A DNA stretch of 64,000 bases from Vicinamibacteria bacterium (GCA_963555995.3 OY821641.1:2240001-2304000), one strand, 5' to 3'; counted from the stretch's first letter, positions 19,932-31,549 are shown. Numbers and translations: made by a program. The notes: generated from the letters alone by a model not told the origin.

Positions 19932-21146
19932 TTACTCAGCCTCGACGAGCGCCGCGACCTGCTCGGCGATGGCGAGGGAGGCGGTGGCCGCCGGGGAGGG
20001 GGCGTTCAGGACGTGGATGCGGTTCTCGCGGCGGACGATGCGGAAGTCGTCGGCGATCCGGCCGTCCGGCAGGACCGCGATGGCCCGGACCCCGGAGAGG
20101 GACGGGACGAGGTCCGCGGCCCGCAGTTCGGGGACCAGCCGCTGCAGCCGCCGGGTGAAGGCGCGCTTCGAGAGCGAGCGGTGGATCTCGTCCACCCCGA
20201 CCCGCCATTCCCGGAGCGCGAGCCGGCGGAACCCGGAGTAGCCGACCATCTCCCGGAGGTCGCGGAAGTCCGCGTCCCGGCGGCGGTATCCCTCGCGGGC
20301 GAGGGCGAGCACCGCGTTCGGGCCGGCGTCCACGTCGCCGTCGGCGTTGCGGTGGAGGTGCACGCCGAGGAACGGGAAGCGCGGGTCCGGGGTCGGGTAG
20401 ATCAGGCCGCGCACCAGCCCCGCGCGTTCGGGGCGCACCCGGAAGTACTCGCCCCGGAACGGCAGGATCCGGAGTTCCGGCGCGTCCCCCGCCAGCCGCG
20501 CCACCCGGTCCGCGTGGAGTCCGGCGCAGGTGACGAGCCTCCGGCAGGCGAAGTCCCCTTTCGTCGTGCGGACCCGCAACCCGCCGTCGGCGCGGACGAA
20601 ACCGAGGACGCGGGCGCCGGTCTCCACCCGGCCTCCCCCGGCCTCGAAGAGACGCCGGAGCGCCGCCGCCACCTCGGCGAAACGCACCACCCCCGAAGTC
20701 GGGGAATGGATCGCCGCCACGCCCTCGGCGTGCGGCTCGATCTCGCGAAGCCCCGCCCGGTCGAGCATCCGGAGGCCGGGGACGCCGTTCGCTTCGCCGC
20801 GGCGCAGCAGCTCGCCGAGGCGACCCCGCTCGGCCTCGTTGGCGGCGACGATCACCTTCCCCGAGAGCGAGAACGGAATCCCCTCCTCCCGGCAGAACGC
20901 CAGCAGCAGCTCCACCCCGCGCCGGCAGTTCCGCGCCCGGAGCGAACCGGGCGCGTAGTAGATCCCGGAGTGGATGACGCCGCTGTTCCGCCCGGTCTGG
21001 TGCCGGGCGATGTCCGGCTCCTTCTCGAGGACCAGGACCGACCACGCCGGATGGACCTCCCGGAGGCGGCGGGCGACCGCGAGCCCGACGATCCCCCCGC
21101 CCACCACCGCGATGTCGAAACGCTCCGCGCCCCTTGCCGTCTTCAT
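19932..21146 (-). CDS. lhgO: L-2-hydroxyglutarate oxidase (FAD-dependent)
   Basis: GGGIVG, HQTGRNSGVIHSGIYY.PGSLRA, PFRGEY, FPFLGVH, NAPSPAAT. Confidence 0.93.
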   Translation of the reverse strand: MKTARGAERFDIAVVGGGIVGLAVARRLREVHPAWSVLVLEKEPDIARHQTGRNSGVIHSGIYYAPGSLRARNCRRGVELLLAFCREEGIPFSLSGKVIVAANEAERGRLGELLRRGEANGVPGLRMLDRAGLREIEPHAEGVAAIHSPTSGVVRFAEVAAALRRLFEAGGGRVETGARVLGFVRADGGLRVRTTKGDFACRRLVTCAGLHADRVARLAGDAPELRILPFRGEYFRVRPERAGLVRGLIYPTPDPRFPFLGVHLHRNADGDVDAGPNAVLALAREGYRRRDADFRDLREMVGYSGFRRLALREWRVGVDEIHRSLSKRAFTRRLQRLVPELRAADLVPSLSGVRAIAVLPDGRIADDFRIVRRENRIHVLNAPSPAATASLAIAEQVAALVEAE

Positions 21147-21301
21147 GAGCCCGCCGCGCCCATCGTGTCACAGCGGGGATGGCACGGATCTTCCATTGCG
21201 CCGGGAAATCAGGATCGGCAGGAGACCCCGAACCCGGAACACATGCCTTGCAGACATCACCACCAACTCCTGAATCCAGGCGGACGTCTCCAACGGGACG
21301 C

Positions 21302-21988
21302 GTGCGCCGCATCCCCTTCCTGCTGACGCTTCTCCTCCTGGTCGGCGGCACTCTCGGCGGCGGCTCCGCAGCCGCCGCCGAGCCGTCCGGGCCGCTGGCC
21401 ACCTGGCTCGGCGTCCCGCCCGGCTTCCGGACGGAACCGCTGCGGGTGCAGTTCCACGACCCGTACGGCCTGCTGCCCCGGAAGACGCGCGAGCGGCTGC
21501 AGCAGGAAGTCGTCCGCGCCTTCGAGAGCAGCGGGATCGCCCTGCGCGTCGTCGGCCACGGCGGCGCCGCGGTCATCCCGGCCACCCTCTACCCCGAGTT
21601 CCCGAAGAAATGGGACATCCCCTTCCGGGCGATCGGGGTGGCCATCGGGTCCGGGCGGGAGCAGCGGCCGGTTTTCCTGTCGCTGGGAGCGGCGGAGCGG
21701 GCGCTCGGCTTCCGCCACAACCGGCGGCTGACGTGGAACGACAGACAGCGGCGCTTCCGGCGCCGTCCCGCGAGCCGGCATTCGCCGCGGCTCGGCACCG
21801 CCCTCGGCCGGGTGCTCGCCCACGAGATCACCCACTCGATCGCCCCCGACTGTCCCCACACCGCGACCGGGCTCATGGCCGCCCGGCTGAGCCGCCGGAT
21901 GCTGACCGCCCCCGGCGTCGGGTTCGACGCCCTGGCGATCCGCCACCTCCGCCGCAGCGCGGCCAACCTGGGGCTGGGCGCCCCGTAA
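21302..21988 (+). CDS. Exported putative zinc metalloprotease
   Basis: Signal peptide; LGRVLAHEITH...C.H...GLM; start codon uncertain. Confidence 0.65.
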   Translation: MRRIPFLLTLLLLVGGTLGGGSAAAAEPSGPLATWLGVPPGFRTEPLRVQFHDPYGLLPRKTRERLQQEVVRAFESSGIALRVVGHGGAAVIPATLYPEFPKKWDIPFRAIGVAIGSGREQRPVFLSLGAAERALGFRHNRRLTWNDRQRRFRRRPASRHSPRLGTALGRVLAHEITHSIAPDCPHTATGLMAARLSRRMLTAPGVGFDALAIRHLRRSAANLGLGAP

Positions 21989-22078
21989 GTCACGCCAGGG
22001 GAGCCCCCTCGGGCGGCGATCCATCCCGGCGCCCGGGAGCGCCGCGAGCCCCCCGCCGGACCCGGTTACAGTTCGCCT

Positions 22079-23305
22079 ATGAGGCGGCCGAGTCCGCGCT
22101 GGCAGCGGATCCTGGTGCTCGCCGGCCTGGGGGCCGGCGCCCTCGGGATCGCCCTGTTCCAGGGCGCCGTGACGATGCCGGAACGGGTGGAATCGCTCTA
22201 CACCACGGGCATCTACCCGCTGGTCGTACGCGTCTTTTCGTTCCTGAGCGGCCTCGTTCCCTTCTCACTCGCCGAACTCTTCACCGCCGCGGCCGCCCTG
22301 TTCGTGATCGGCCGCGTCACCTGGCGCTTCACGGGCCGCTTCCGGCAACCGGCCCCGGCCGTGGAGGCCCGGTCCGGAGAAGCCCCCGCCGAAGCACCCG
22401 AAATGCCGGCGCGGTCCCCGGCGCACCGCGCGCTGCTCCGCCGGCTCGCCTACACCGCGGTGTTCGCCCTCGCCGGCGCCGGCGCCCTCTACGCGATCTT
22501 CGTCGTCGTCTGGGGCCTGAACTACGCCCGCCCCCGCCTCGAACACCGTCTGGACCTGCCCGTCGGCCAGATCTCGGAGCCCGAGCTCGTCCGGCTGACC
22601 ACCCGGGTCGCCGCGGACACCACCCGCTTCCACCGGCTCGCCGGGCTGCCGACCGCCGCGGTCTCGAAGAACCCCCTCGATTTCGCCGACCTCAGCGCCG
22701 CCATTGACGAGGCCTACGACGCGATCGCTCTCCCCGGCGATCCCGGCCCCGGGAGGACGAGTCCGGTGAAACCGGCCGTCTTCTCGGGGCTGATGTCCCG
22801 GCTCGGGATCAGCGGCATCTTCGTTCCCTTCACCGGCGAACCCACGGTGAACACCGGCCCGCCCGACGTCGCCGTGGCGTTCACCGCCGCCCACGAGAAG
22901 GCGCACCAGCGGGCCATCACCCACGAGGGGGAAGCGAGCTTCGCCGCCTACCTGGCGCTCTCCCGCCAGCGGCGGCACCCCTACCTTTCCTACGCCGCCT
23001 CCTTCTTCGCCGCCCGGCACCTGCTGGCGGCCGTCCGGAACGCCGACGCCGAGGACCGGGACCGTGCCTGGGCCGCCTTCGGCCCCGGCCCGCGCCGCGA
23101 CCTGGACGCCCTCAACGCCTTCTGGGCCCAGCACCGCGGCATGGTCCGGGGCGCCGCGCGCCGCGTGAACGACTCCTACCTGCGCACCATGCGGATCCCG
23201 GACGGCGCCCGCAGCTACGGAACGGTGGTGCGGCTCCTGATCGCCGACCTCCGCCAGCGGTCGGCGCCCCCGGCCGCGATCACGACCGACGACAGCGAGG
23301 GCTGA
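22079..23305 (+). CDS. DUF3810-family membrane protein (HExxH)
   Basis: PFSLAE, WGLNY.R, GI..PFTGE, HEKAHQ...E.EA. Confidence 0.88.
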   Translation: MRRPSPRWQRILVLAGLGAGALGIALFQGAVTMPERVESLYTTGIYPLVVRVFSFLSGLVPFSLAELFTAAAALFVIGRVTWRFTGRFRQPAPAVEARSGEAPAEAPEMPARSPAHRALLRRLAYTAVFALAGAGALYAIFVVVWGLNYARPRLEHRLDLPVGQISEPELVRLTTRVAADTTRFHRLAGLPTAAVSKNPLDFADLSAAIDEAYDAIALPGDPGPGRTSPVKPAVFSGLMSRLGISGIFVPFTGEPTVNTGPPDVAVAFTAAHEKAHQRAITHEGEASFAAYLALSRQRRHPYLSYAASFFAARHLLAAVRNADAEDRDRAWAAFGPGPRRDLDALNAFWAQHRGMVRGAARRVNDSYLRTMRIPDGARSYGTVVRLLIADLRQRSAPPAAITTDDSEG

Positions 23306-23319
23306 TCGGGGCGGCGCTC

Positions 23320-24804
23320 CTATGGCGCCGCGAAGCGCGCCGCGGTCTCGAACAGCGTCCGCACGCTGAAGCCGGTGGCCCCCTTCGGGTAGTACTTCCA
23401 GGGCTTCTCCACGATGAAGGGGCCGGCGATGTCGAGGTGGGCCCACTTCGCGCCTTCGGGCACGAACTCCTGCAGGAAGAGCCCGGCGGTGATGGCGCCG
23501 GCGTTGACGCCGCCGATGTTCTTGAGGTCCGCCGAGTCGCAGCGGAGTTCCTCGGCGTACTCCTTCACGAGCGGCAGCTCCCAGAACACCTCGCCGTGCG
23601 GCTCGCCGGCTTCGATCACCCGGCGCACCCAGGCGGCGTCGTTCCCCATGACCCCGGCGACGCCGGTCCCGATCGCCCGCACCACGGCGCCGGTCAGGGT
23701 GGCGACGTCCACGATGTGGGTGGCGCCCTCCTCCCCGGCGCGGGCGAGGGCGTCGGTGAGCACCAGCCGGCCCTCGGCGTCGGTGTTGTCCACCATCACG
23801 TGCTTGCCGTTCCGGGCGCGGAAGATGTCTCCCGGCCGGGTGGCCGAAGGCCCCGGGTAGTTCTCCGCGGTCGCCACGATGCCGGTGACCGTCGCCGGGA
23901 CGCCCTCGCGGGCCACCGCCGACATGGCGGCGAGGACGGCCGCCGCGCCGGACATGTCGCCCTTCATGGTCCACATCCCCGAGGGCGGCTTGAGCGAGAT
24001 GCCGCCGGTGTCGAAGGTGATGCCCTTGCCCACCAGCGCCAGGTGCCGGCCGTTCCCCCGCGCGTCCGCGGGGCGGTGGCGGAGCACGATCAGGCGCGGC
24101 GGCCGGTGGCTCCCCTGCCCTACGGAGATCAGGCCGGGATAGCCCTCTTCCCGGAGCGCGTTCTCGTTCCAGACCTGGACTTCGAGACCGGTGTCGGCCG
24201 CGATCCGGTGCGCTTCCCGCGCCAGCGTCTCGGGAGTGACCGCTTCCGCGGGCTCGTTGATGAGGTCCCGGGCGCGGTTCACCTCGGAAGCCAGCCGGAC
24301 CGCGCGCGCCACCGCGTCCCGCGCCTCGTCGAGGGCTTCCTCGGCGACCACGATGCGCACGCGGGGCGACCCCGGATTTCCGGGATCCTTGAAGTAGCGC
24401 GCGAACCGATACGCCCCGAGCGTGGCACCCTCCGCCACGTCTCCCGCGAAGCGGGGACCGTCGGCGCCCTGGAGCGGGAAGACCAGTTCGGCGTGACGGA
24501 AGTCGCGGGCGTGCTTCAGCGCGCGCGCCGCCAGGATGCGGATGCCGTCGGACACCGGATAGTTGGCGGTGGCCCGGGTGTGGAGGGCGAGCGTCGAAGC
24601 GCTCCGCGGGCCGCCGTGGCCGGCCACCGCCCGCTTGACCTTCGCGTCCCCGAAGACCCGCTTCGCGTTCGTCACGAAGTCCTTCTCCCACGGCGCCGCC
24701 GGGGCGGCGAGGTCGAGGCCGTCGTCGAGGAGATACGCCACCAGCGAACCGCCGCGCGCGGCGGCGTCCGCCGAAACCCGAACCTCCGGTGTCTCAGTCC
24801 TCAT
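23320..24804 (-). CDS. pepA: Leucyl aminopeptidase (M17)
   Basis: [35 protein letters not shown]. Confidence 0.95.
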   Translation of the reverse strand: MRTETPEVRVSADAAARGGSLVAYLLDDGLDLAAPAAPWEKDFVTNAKRVFGDAKVKRAVAGHGGPRSASTLALHTRATANYPVSDGIRILAARALKHARDFRHAELVFPLQGADGPRFAGDVAEGATLGAYRFARYFKDPGNPGSPRVRIVVAEEALDEARDAVARAVRLASEVNRARDLINEPAEAVTPETLAREAHRIAADTGLEVQVWNENALREEGYPGLISVGQGSHRPPRLIVLRHRPADARGNGRHLALVGKGITFDTGGISLKPPSGMWTMKGDMSGAAAVLAAMSAVAREGVPATVTGIVATAENYPGPSATRPGDIFRARNGKHVMVDNTDAEGRLVLTDALARAGEEGATHIVDVATLTGAVVRAIGTGVAGVMGNDAAWVRRVIEAGEPHGEVFWELPLVKEYAEELRCDSADLKNIGGVNAGAITAGLFLQEFVPEGAKWAHLDIAGPFIVEKPWKYYPKGATGFSVRTLFETAARFAAP

Positions 24805-26773
24805 CGTCGTACTCCTCCCTGAGCTGCTGCACCACCGCCGGATCGGCCAGCGTGGTGGTGTCTCCGATCGCCTTGCCGGCCGCGATGTCGCGGAGCAGGC
24901 GGCGCATGATCTTTCCCGACCGCGTCTTCGGGACGTCGGCGGCGAACACGATGTCGTCGGGGCGCGCGATGGGCCCGATCGCGCGGGCCACGTGCGCCTT
25001 CAGTTCGGCGGCGAGGCCGTCGTGGGACGAGGCGCTCTCCCGGAGCACCACGAACGCGGCGATCCCCTCGCCCTTGATCTCGTGCGGCCGGCCGACCACC
25101 GCGGCCTCCGCGACCGCCGCGTGCTCGACGAGCGCGCTCTCCACCTCGGCCGCCCCGAGGCGGTGGCCGGAGACGTTCAGGACGTCGTCCACCCGGCCCA
25201 TCACCCAGAAACAGCCGTCCTCGTCGCGCCGCGCGCCGTCGGCGGGGAAGTAGATGTCCTGCCACTGGCTCCAGTAGGTCTCGCGGAAGCGCGCCTCGTC
25301 GCCCCAGATGCCGCGCAGCATCGAGGGCCAGGGCTTCGTGATGGCGAGCAGCCCGCCGCCCACCTCGACCCGGTTCCCCTGCCGGTCCAGGATGTCCAGC
25401 GCGATGCCCGGGAAGGCGTGGGTCGCGGAGCCCGGTTTCAGGGTGGTCACCCCGGGGAGCGCGCTGGCCATGATGGACCCCGTCTCCGTCTGCCACCAGG
25501 TGTCCACCACCGGACAGCGCCCGCCGCCGATCTCGCGGTGGTACCAGACCCACGCCTCGGGGTTGATGGGCTCGCCCACTGTGCCGAGCAGGCGGAGCGA
25601 GCTGAGGTCGTGCGCCGCCGGGTGCTCGGTCCCCCATTTCATGAAGGCGCGGATGGCGGTCGGCGCGGTGTAGAAGCAGGTCACCCGGTAGCGCTCCACG
25701 AGGGACCAGAGCCGGGCGCGGTTCGGGGTGTCGGGCGCGCCCTCGTACAGGACCTGGGTCACCCCGAGCGCCAGCGGGCCATAGACGATGTAGGAGTGGC
25801 CGGTGACCCAGCCGATGTCCGCCGCCGCCCACCAGATGTCCGAGTCCTTCAGGTCGAAGACCGCCCGCGCGGTGGCGGTGACCTGGGTGAGGTAGCCGCC
25901 GGTGGTGTGCACGATCCCCTTCGGCTTCCCGGTGGTGCCCGAGGTGTAGAGGATGTAGAGGATGTCCTCGGCGTCCATCTCCTCGGGCTCGGCGGTGTCG
26001 GCGGCGCCCTCCATCAGTTCCGCCCAGTCGTGGTCGCGGCCCGCCACCATGGGGACGTCCTCGCCGGTGCGGCGCACCATCACCACCCCGGTGATCGAGG
26101 GGGTGTCCTCGAGCGCCTCGTCGGAGATCGCCTTCAGGGGAACGATCCCGCCCCGCCGGTGCCCGCCGTCGGCGGTGATGAGCACCTTCGCCTCGGCGTC
26201 GTTGATCCGGTCCCGGAGCGACTGCGCCGAGAAGCCGGCGAAGACCACGCTGTGCGGCGCCCCGATCCGGGCGCAGGCGAGCATGGCGACCGGGAGCTCC
26301 GGGATCATGGGCAGGTAGATCGCCACCCGGTCGCCCTTCCGGACGCCGAGGCCGCGCAGGACGTTCGTGAAGCGGCAGACCTCGCGGTGCAGGTCGGCGT
26401 AGGTCAGGGTCTTCCGGTCGCCCGGCTCCCCCTCCCAGAGGATCGCCGGGCGATCGCCGCGGCCGTTCGCGAGGTGCCGGTCGAGGCAGTTGACGCTCGC
26501 GTTCAGCTTGCCGCCGACGAACCAGCGGGCGAAGGGCGGCTTCCAGTCGAGGACCCGGTCCCAGCGGCGGCTCCACTCGAGCCGTTCGGCCTGGGCGGCC
26601 CAGAACGCCTCCGGATCGGCTTCGGCCTCCCGGTAGATCGCGTCGTCCTGAACCCACGCCCGCCGGCGGAAGTCCTCCGGCGGCGGATACGCCCGCTGCT
26701 CGTCGAGCAGGACCTCGATCTCCTGCTCGGGGATTTCCTGCTCGGGGATTTCCTCTTGGGGTCGCTCGGCCAT
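24794..26773 (-). CDS. acs: Acetyl-CoA synthetase
   Basis: [36 protein letters not shown]. Confidence 0.97.
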   Translation of the reverse strand: MAERPQEEIPEQEIPEQEIEVLLDEQRAYPPPEDFRRRAWVQDDAIYREAEADPEAFWAAQAERLEWSRRWDRVLDWKPPFARWFVGGKLNASVNCLDRHLANGRGDRPAILWEGEPGDRKTLTYADLHREVCRFTNVLRGLGVRKGDRVAIYLPMIPELPVAMLACARIGAPHSVVFAGFSAQSLRDRINDAEAKVLITADGGHRRGGIVPLKAISDEALEDTPSITGVVMVRRTGEDVPMVAGRDHDWAELMEGAADTAEPEEMDAEDILYILYTSGTTGKPKGIVHTTGGYLTQVTATARAVFDLKDSDIWWAAADIGWVTGHSYIVYGPLALGVTQVLYEGAPDTPNRARLWSLVERYRVTCFYTAPTAIRAFMKWGTEHPAAHDLSSLRLLGTVGEPINPEAWVWYHREIGGGRCPVVDTWWQTETGSIMASALPGVTTLKPGSATHAFPGIALDILDRQGNRVEVGGGLLAITKPWPSMLRGIWGDEARFRETYWSQWQDIYFPADGARRDEDGCFWVMGRVDDVLNVSGHRLGAAEVESALVEHAAVAEAAVVGRPHEIKGEGIAAFVVLRESASSHDGLAAELKAHVARAIGPIARPDDIVFAADVPKTRSGKIMRRLLRDIAAGKAIGDTTTLADPAVVQQLREEYDDED

Positions 26774-26877
26774 CGGACGATTTTAGGAGGCTTCCCGGTG
26801 AAGCGGCACGCCAACATTGCGTGATTCCGCCGCGTACACCCGGGTCCTCGGGTCGGATTTCGCCGAACCACACCGAC

Positions 26878-26896
26878 GTAGCTACAATAGGGCTAC
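26878..26896 (+). promoter_or_regulatory. TA operator overlapping a -10 box
   Basis: GTAGC-TACAATAGG-GCTAC inverted repeat enclosing TACAAT, just upstream of the antitoxin ATG. Confidence 0.55.
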
Positions 26897-26905
26897 ACGC
26901 CGTCC

Positions 26906-27187
26906 ATGAGAGCCGATTCCGTCGTCCGCGCCCGCCTCGATCGCGACACCAAGGACCGCGCCACGGAAGCGCTTCGGGAAATGGGCCTTTCGGTGTCGGA
27001 GGCGATTCGTCTGCTGCTCCGGCGGGTGGCGGAGGAAAAGCGGCTGCCGTTCGCGGTCGAGGTCCCGAACGCCGCTACGGTCAGAGCAATGAACGAATTG
27101 GACGAGGGGCGCGGCCGGCGCTTCGAAAATGTGGAGGAACTCTTTCAGGATCTCGAGAACGAGGATCCTGTGGACAAGATGACGTGA
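26906..27187 (+). CDS. dinJ: RelB/DinJ-family antitoxin
   Basis: VRARLD...K..A...L..MGLS.SEAIR...LPF...PN..T..AM. Confidence 0.9.
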   Translation: MRADSVVRARLDRDTKDRATEALREMGLSVSEAIRLLLRRVAEEKRLPFAVEVPNAATVRAMNELDEGRGRRFENVEELFQDLENEDPVDKMT

Positions 27188-27197
27188 GCGTTGGCGG

Positions 27198-27467
27198 GTG
27201 CTGACACCGGTCCGATCCACCCGATTCCGACGCGACTTGAAACGCCTCCGCAAGCAGGGGAAGAACCTGGCCAAACTCCGAGGTCTGCTCGAGCGGTTGG
27301 TCCGAGAAGAACCGCTTTCCGCCCGACACCGGGACCACGCCCTCCGGGGCCCATGGAACGGCTATCGGGAGACGCACATCGAAGGAGACTGGCTGCTCAT
27401 CTACCGCGTTGAAGGGCAGGATCTGCTGTTGGCCCGTACGGGATCGCACTCCGAGCTGCTTGAGTAG
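27198..27467 (+). CDS. yafQ: YafQ-family mRNA interferase
   Basis: F.RDLK, DHAL.G.W.GYRE.HI..DWLLIY, RTGSHSEL. Confidence 0.92.
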   Translation: MLTPVRSTRFRRDLKRLRKQGKNLAKLRGLLERLVREEPLSARHRDHALRGPWNGYRETHIEGDWLLIYRVEGQDLLLARTGSHSELLE

Positions 27468-27506
27468 CCGGGTGTCCGGACGCACCGCCGCCCGGCGGGC
27501 GCGTCC

Positions 27507-29048
27507 TCAGAAGATGGCCTGGCGGACGCGGCGGCGGGCTGAACGGACCGGGCCGAGGAGGAGGACCGCCACGGTGACGATCTCGAGCCGGCCGGCGATC
27601 ATCAGCGCCGCGAGGATGAGCTTCGCGGCGTCGGGGAGGTGGGCGTAGCTGGCCGCCGGCCCCACCGCCCCGAGCCCGGGACCCACGTTCGTCACCGCGG
27701 CGGCGGCGGCGCTGAACGCGGTCAGCAGGTCCACCCCCATCGCCGCGATGGCCAGCGCGCCGGCGACCGCGCAGAACACGAACAGGAGCACGACCTCGCC
27801 GATGGTCGAACTCAGCGAGAGCGAGACCGGGCGGCGGCCGATGTGGACGCGCAGCTCGGTGTGGGGCTGGGTCGCCACCCGCAGCGCGAGCGGCACCTTG
27901 CGGAACAGGATCACCCAGCGCAGGATCTTGATCGAGCCCGCCGTCGAGCCGGCGCAGCCGCCCGCGAACATGAGGACGAGCACCAGCATCCGCGAGAATT
28001 CCGACCACTGGTTGTAGTCCACGACGGAGTAGCCGGTGGTGGTGATCACCGCGATGGCCGTGAACGCCGCCTCGCGCAGGCCGTCCATGGATCCCTGCCC
28101 CATCAGGTAGAGGCTGAGGAACAGCAGCCCGGTGCTCACCGCCACCACCCCGATGTAGAGGCGCAGCTCCGGGTCCGAGAAGTAGCTGGCGGCCGGCGCC
28201 CCGCTCACCCGCTTCCCGGAACGGTCCCGGAGACGCCGCCAGAGACGCCGCGCGCCGGCGACGATGCGCTTCACCTCGTAGATGTGGATGGCGAAGCGCA
28301 TGCCGCCGATCACCATGAAGACGATGATCACCCACTGCACGGCGGGGTCGAACGCCCCGACGCTCGCGTTCCGGGTGGAGAAACCGCCGGTGGCCAGGGT
28401 GGTGAACGCGTGGCAGACCGCATCGAACGCGGGGACGTCGAGGAACAGGAGGATTCCGATCAGGATCGCGGTGAGGACCGACCCGACGACGACGGTGTCG
28501 CGCGCCGTCTCGGAGATCTTGGGTTCGGTCTTCTCGGCGGTGGGGCCGGGGGCCTCCGCGGACAGCACGTCCACCCCCCACTGACGGCGGCCCAGCAGCC
28601 AGACGAAGATGATGATGATCCCGAGCCCGCCGAGCCACTGGGTCATCGCGCGCCAGAGCAGCAGGGAGCGCGGCAGCCACTCCACCTCCGGGAAGATGGT
28701 GGCCCCCGTGGTCGAGAACCCGGAGGCGGACTCGAAGAGGCCGTTCACCGCGAAGCCGGGGCCGAACTCCGCGACGTACGGCAGCGCCCCGAACACGGTG
28801 CAAAGACACCACGCCAGCACCACGAAGCGGTAGGCGCGGCTGCCGTCCGTGGAGGAGCCGGACCTGCCGATCAGCGGCGCGAAGCGGCGGCCGAGCGCGC
28901 CGACCCCGAGCCCGAGCGCCGCGGACGCGGCGAAGGCCAGCCACGCCGGCTCCCCGTGCGCCAGCGCCACCGCCAGCGGAATGAGCAGCGCCAGTCCGAG
29001 CGCCTCCGCCAGCCGGCCGAGCAGCGCGATCGTTTCGGCGCGGGTCAT
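27507..29048 (-). CDS. trkH: Trk potassium uptake membrane protein
   Basis: FES.SGFSTTG, QWLGGLG, ATGGFS, GG.AGSTAG.IK, NVGPG, GRLE. Confidence 0.95.
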   Translation of the reverse strand: MTRAETIALLGRLAEALGLALLIPLAVALAHGEPAWLAFAASAALGLGVGALGRRFAPLIGRSGSSTDGSRAYRFVVLAWCLCTVFGALPYVAEFGPGFAVNGLFESASGFSTTGATIFPEVEWLPRSLLLWRAMTQWLGGLGIIIIFVWLLGRRQWGVDVLSAEAPGPTAEKTEPKISETARDTVVVGSVLTAILIGILLFLDVPAFDAVCHAFTTLATGGFSTRNASVGAFDPAVQWVIIVFMVIGGMRFAIHIYEVKRIVAGARRLWRRLRDRSGKRVSGAPAASYFSDPELRLYIGVVAVSTGLLFLSLYLMGQGSMDGLREAAFTAIAVITTTGYSVVDYNQWSEFSRMLVLVLMFAGGCAGSTAGSIKILRWVILFRKVPLALRVATQPHTELRVHIGRRPVSLSLSSTIGEVVLLFVFCAVAGALAIAAMGVDLLTAFSAAAAAVTNVGPGLGAVGPAASYAHLPDAAKLILAALMIAGRLEIVTVAVLLLGPVRSARRRVRQAIF

Positions 29049-29073
29049 GTCCGTCGGAGGGGTTCCCAGCGGC

Positions 29074-30447
29074 TCAGTTGCGGCGGCCGAACAGCGCTTC
29101 GAGTTCCGAGAGCAGCGAGTCGGGCTCGCCGGACCTTCCCACCGCGTGCTGGCTCATGAAGAGGGCCACCCGGTCGCCGGCGACGAACTCGGTGTCGCCG
29201 TTCGGCACGAAGGGCGCCGAACGCTCCCGCACCACCTCGCCGATGATGCAGGTGTGGGGAAGCCCCAGCTTCCGGAGCGGCGCCCGGGTGGCCCGGCTGC
29301 CCTCGGCGACCTCGATCTCGACGAGTTCCCCGCCTCCCTCCACGAAGTCGAGACGGACCATCGCGCGGGTGTGCAGCAGCTTCATGAGGGCGCCCGCCGA
29401 GACCTCGCCGGGAGAGATCGGATGGTCCACCCCGAGTTCCTGCATGGCGTCGTGGAGGTCGTCCCGGTTGTGGAGGGCCACGGTCCGCTGCGCGCCCAGC
29501 TTCTTCGCGAGGTGCGCCGCCATCAGGTTCACCTCGTCGGCGTCGGTGGCGGCGACGAAGAAGTCCGCGCCGCCGACGCCGGCCTCCTGCAGGATGTCCT
29601 CGTCCGTCGCGTCCCCGACGATGGTGTGGGCCGCGAGCGGGAACCCCGACGCCGGGTGCCGCCGGATGGCGGTGAGGTCCACGTCCTCGTCGAGCAGCAG
29701 CTCGCCGAGGCGGCGGCCCACCTGCCCCAGCCCGGCGATCACCACCCGCTCGGGCGGCCGCTGGTCCACCCCGATCGCCTTCAGGTAGTTCCGCGCCTCG
29801 ACCGCGGGACCGACCGCGAAGATCTCGTCGCCCTCCTGGACCCGGGTGCGGCCGCGGGGGATCTCCAAGCGCCCGTTCCCCCGGCGGAGGATCCCGGTCA
29901 GCATCCAGCCGCGGGGCGCGGTATCAATCTCTTCGATCGGCCGGTCGAAGACGGTCGGGTCCCTCGGGGTCGCGCGCAGCAGCACCAGCACCCCCTCTCC
30001 GAACGAACGGACCGACCGCGCCCCCGGGTAGCGGAGGATGCCGAGGATCTCCTCCGCGACCAGCTCCTCCGGGAAGATGGTCTCGATCGCCTGCTGGCGG
30101 CCTCCCTCGGCGAGGAGCGGATTCTCCCGGTGTCGCTGGTCGCTCAAGCGGACCACGGCCCGCTTCACCCCGATCGCCCGGTCGGTCGCGGTGAGGGCGG
30201 CGAGCATGTTCGTCGCGTCGTCGTTGGTCAGCGCGAACAGCACGTCGGCGCCGGAACCGTGTTGCGTCAGGATGGCCGGGACGCGGGCGTCGCCCTCGGC
30301 GGTCCCGATGTCGTACTTCCGCTGCAGGTGGATCCGGGTCTCGGAGTCCCGTTCCACGAGGGTGATGTCGTGGTGTTCGGGAAGTCCGCTCAACTGGCGG
30401 ATGAGGTGCTCCCCCATCCGGCCCGCACCCAGAACTACAAGACGCAT
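29074..30447 (-). CDS. trkA: Trk system NAD-binding regulatory subunit
   Basis: Two GxGxxG RCK domains plus TrkA-C domains; upstream of trkH. Confidence 0.9.
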   Translation of the reverse strand: MRLVVLGAGRMGEHLIRQLSGLPEHHDITLVERDSETRIHLQRKYDIGTAEGDARVPAILTQHGSGADVLFALTNDDATNMLAALTATDRAIGVKRAVVRLSDQRHRENPLLAEGGRQQAIETIFPEELVAEEILGILRYPGARSVRSFGEGVLVLLRATPRDPTVFDRPIEEIDTAPRGWMLTGILRRGNGRLEIPRGRTRVQEGDEIFAVGPAVEARNYLKAIGVDQRPPERVVIAGLGQVGRRLGELLLDEDVDLTAIRRHPASGFPLAAHTIVGDATDEDILQEAGVGGADFFVAATDADEVNLMAAHLAKKLGAQRTVALHNRDDLHDAMQELGVDHPISPGEVSAGALMKLLHTRAMVRLDFVEGGGELVEIEVAEGSRATRAPLRKLGLPHTCIIGEVVRERSAPFVPNGDTEFVAGDRVALFMSQHAVGRSGEPDSLLSELEALFGRRN

Positions 30448-30502
30448 GGGCTGGAACCTCGTTGCCGGAGGATGGCCGGCGCGGGGAAACTACCCTAAGC
30501 AC

Positions 30503-31513
30503 GTGTCCGAGGAAAGGCTGCCCGAGGGAAAGATCCCGCCCCGCGTGCTCCGCGAACTGCTGGACCGGCTCGGAGCGGGCGCCGGACTCGAAATCGGGCC
30601 CGCGGCGGGCGAGGACGCCGCGGTGGCCGCGGCGGGAAGCGAGCCGCGCCTGGTGCTGGCGGCCGACCCGATCACCTTCCCGACCGCCGATCCCGGCTGG
30701 CACGCGGTGGTCGTGAACGCCAACGACGTGGCCGCCACCGGCGGGGAGTGCCGCTGGTTCCTCTCCCACGTGCTGCTGCCCCCCGGGGCCACCGGCGAGC
30801 GGGTCGCGCAGATCGCGGACGGCATCCGCCGGGGCTGCGAGGAGGTCGGCGCGGTCCCCGCCGGCGGACACACCGAGATCACCGCGGCGGTCGCGCGCGA
30901 GGTGGTCGCGGGGACCATGGTGGGCGTCGCCACCGCCGAGCGCGTCAAGCCCACCGGCGGCGCCCGCGAGGGCGACATGCTGGTGGTCACCAAGGGCGTC
31001 GCGATCGAGGCCACCGCCATCGTGGCCGCCGAGCGCGGGGACGAGGTCCGCCGGGTGTTCGGGGCGGACTTCCAGCGCCGCGCCGCCGCTTTCCTGACCG
31101 ATCCCGGGATCAGCGTGGTGGAGGAGGCGCGGGTCGCCGCCGGGATGCTCGAAGTGCACGCGATGCACGACGTCACCGAGGGCGGCATCGCGACCGCCGT
31201 CCGCGAGATGGCCGACGCCGCGGACCTCGGCGCCGTCCTCGCGGAGGCCGAGATCCCCCGGTTCTACGAGTCGAAGCGCCTCCTGAGCCACTTCGACCTC
31301 GACATCCTGGGGGCGATCGGTTCGGGCGCGCTCCTCATCGCCTGCGCGGAGCCGGAGACGGGGGAGTTGCTGGATCGGCTCCGGGAGGCGGGAACCCCCG
31401 GCCACGTCATCGGGCGCTTCCTCCGCCGCTCCTCCGGGTTGCAGCTCGCGCGCGGATCGGTGCGCCGGGACCTGCCGGTGTTCGACGCGGACGAGCTCAC
31501 CCGGCTCGCCTGA
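30503..31513 (+). CDS. AIR synthase-related (PurM/HypE/ThiL-like) protein
   Basis: GEDAA, DPITF, NANDVA, GGHTE, MHDVTEGG; GTG start at 30503. Confidence 0.85.
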   Translation: MSEERLPEGKIPPRVLRELLDRLGAGAGLEIGPAAGEDAAVAAAGSEPRLVLAADPITFPTADPGWHAVVVNANDVAATGGECRWFLSHVLLPPGATGERVAQIADGIRRGCEEVGAVPAGGHTEITAAVAREVVAGTMVGVATAERVKPTGGAREGDMLVVTKGVAIEATAIVAAERGDEVRRVFGADFQRRAAAFLTDPGISVVEEARVAAGMLEVHAMHDVTEGGIATAVREMADAADLGAVLAEAEIPRFYESKRLLSHFDLDILGAIGSGALLIACAEPETGELLDRLREAGTPGHVIGRFLRRSSGLQLARGSVRRDLPVFDADELTRLA

Positions 31514-31549
31514 ACCGGGATCGGGAACAGAGCCCCCGGCGCGCCTAGA

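Noticed and set aside
26718-26762. 15-bp tandem repeat (QEIPE) at the Acs N-terminus
   Set aside because: Short in-frame slippage in a variable tail; no sign of function.
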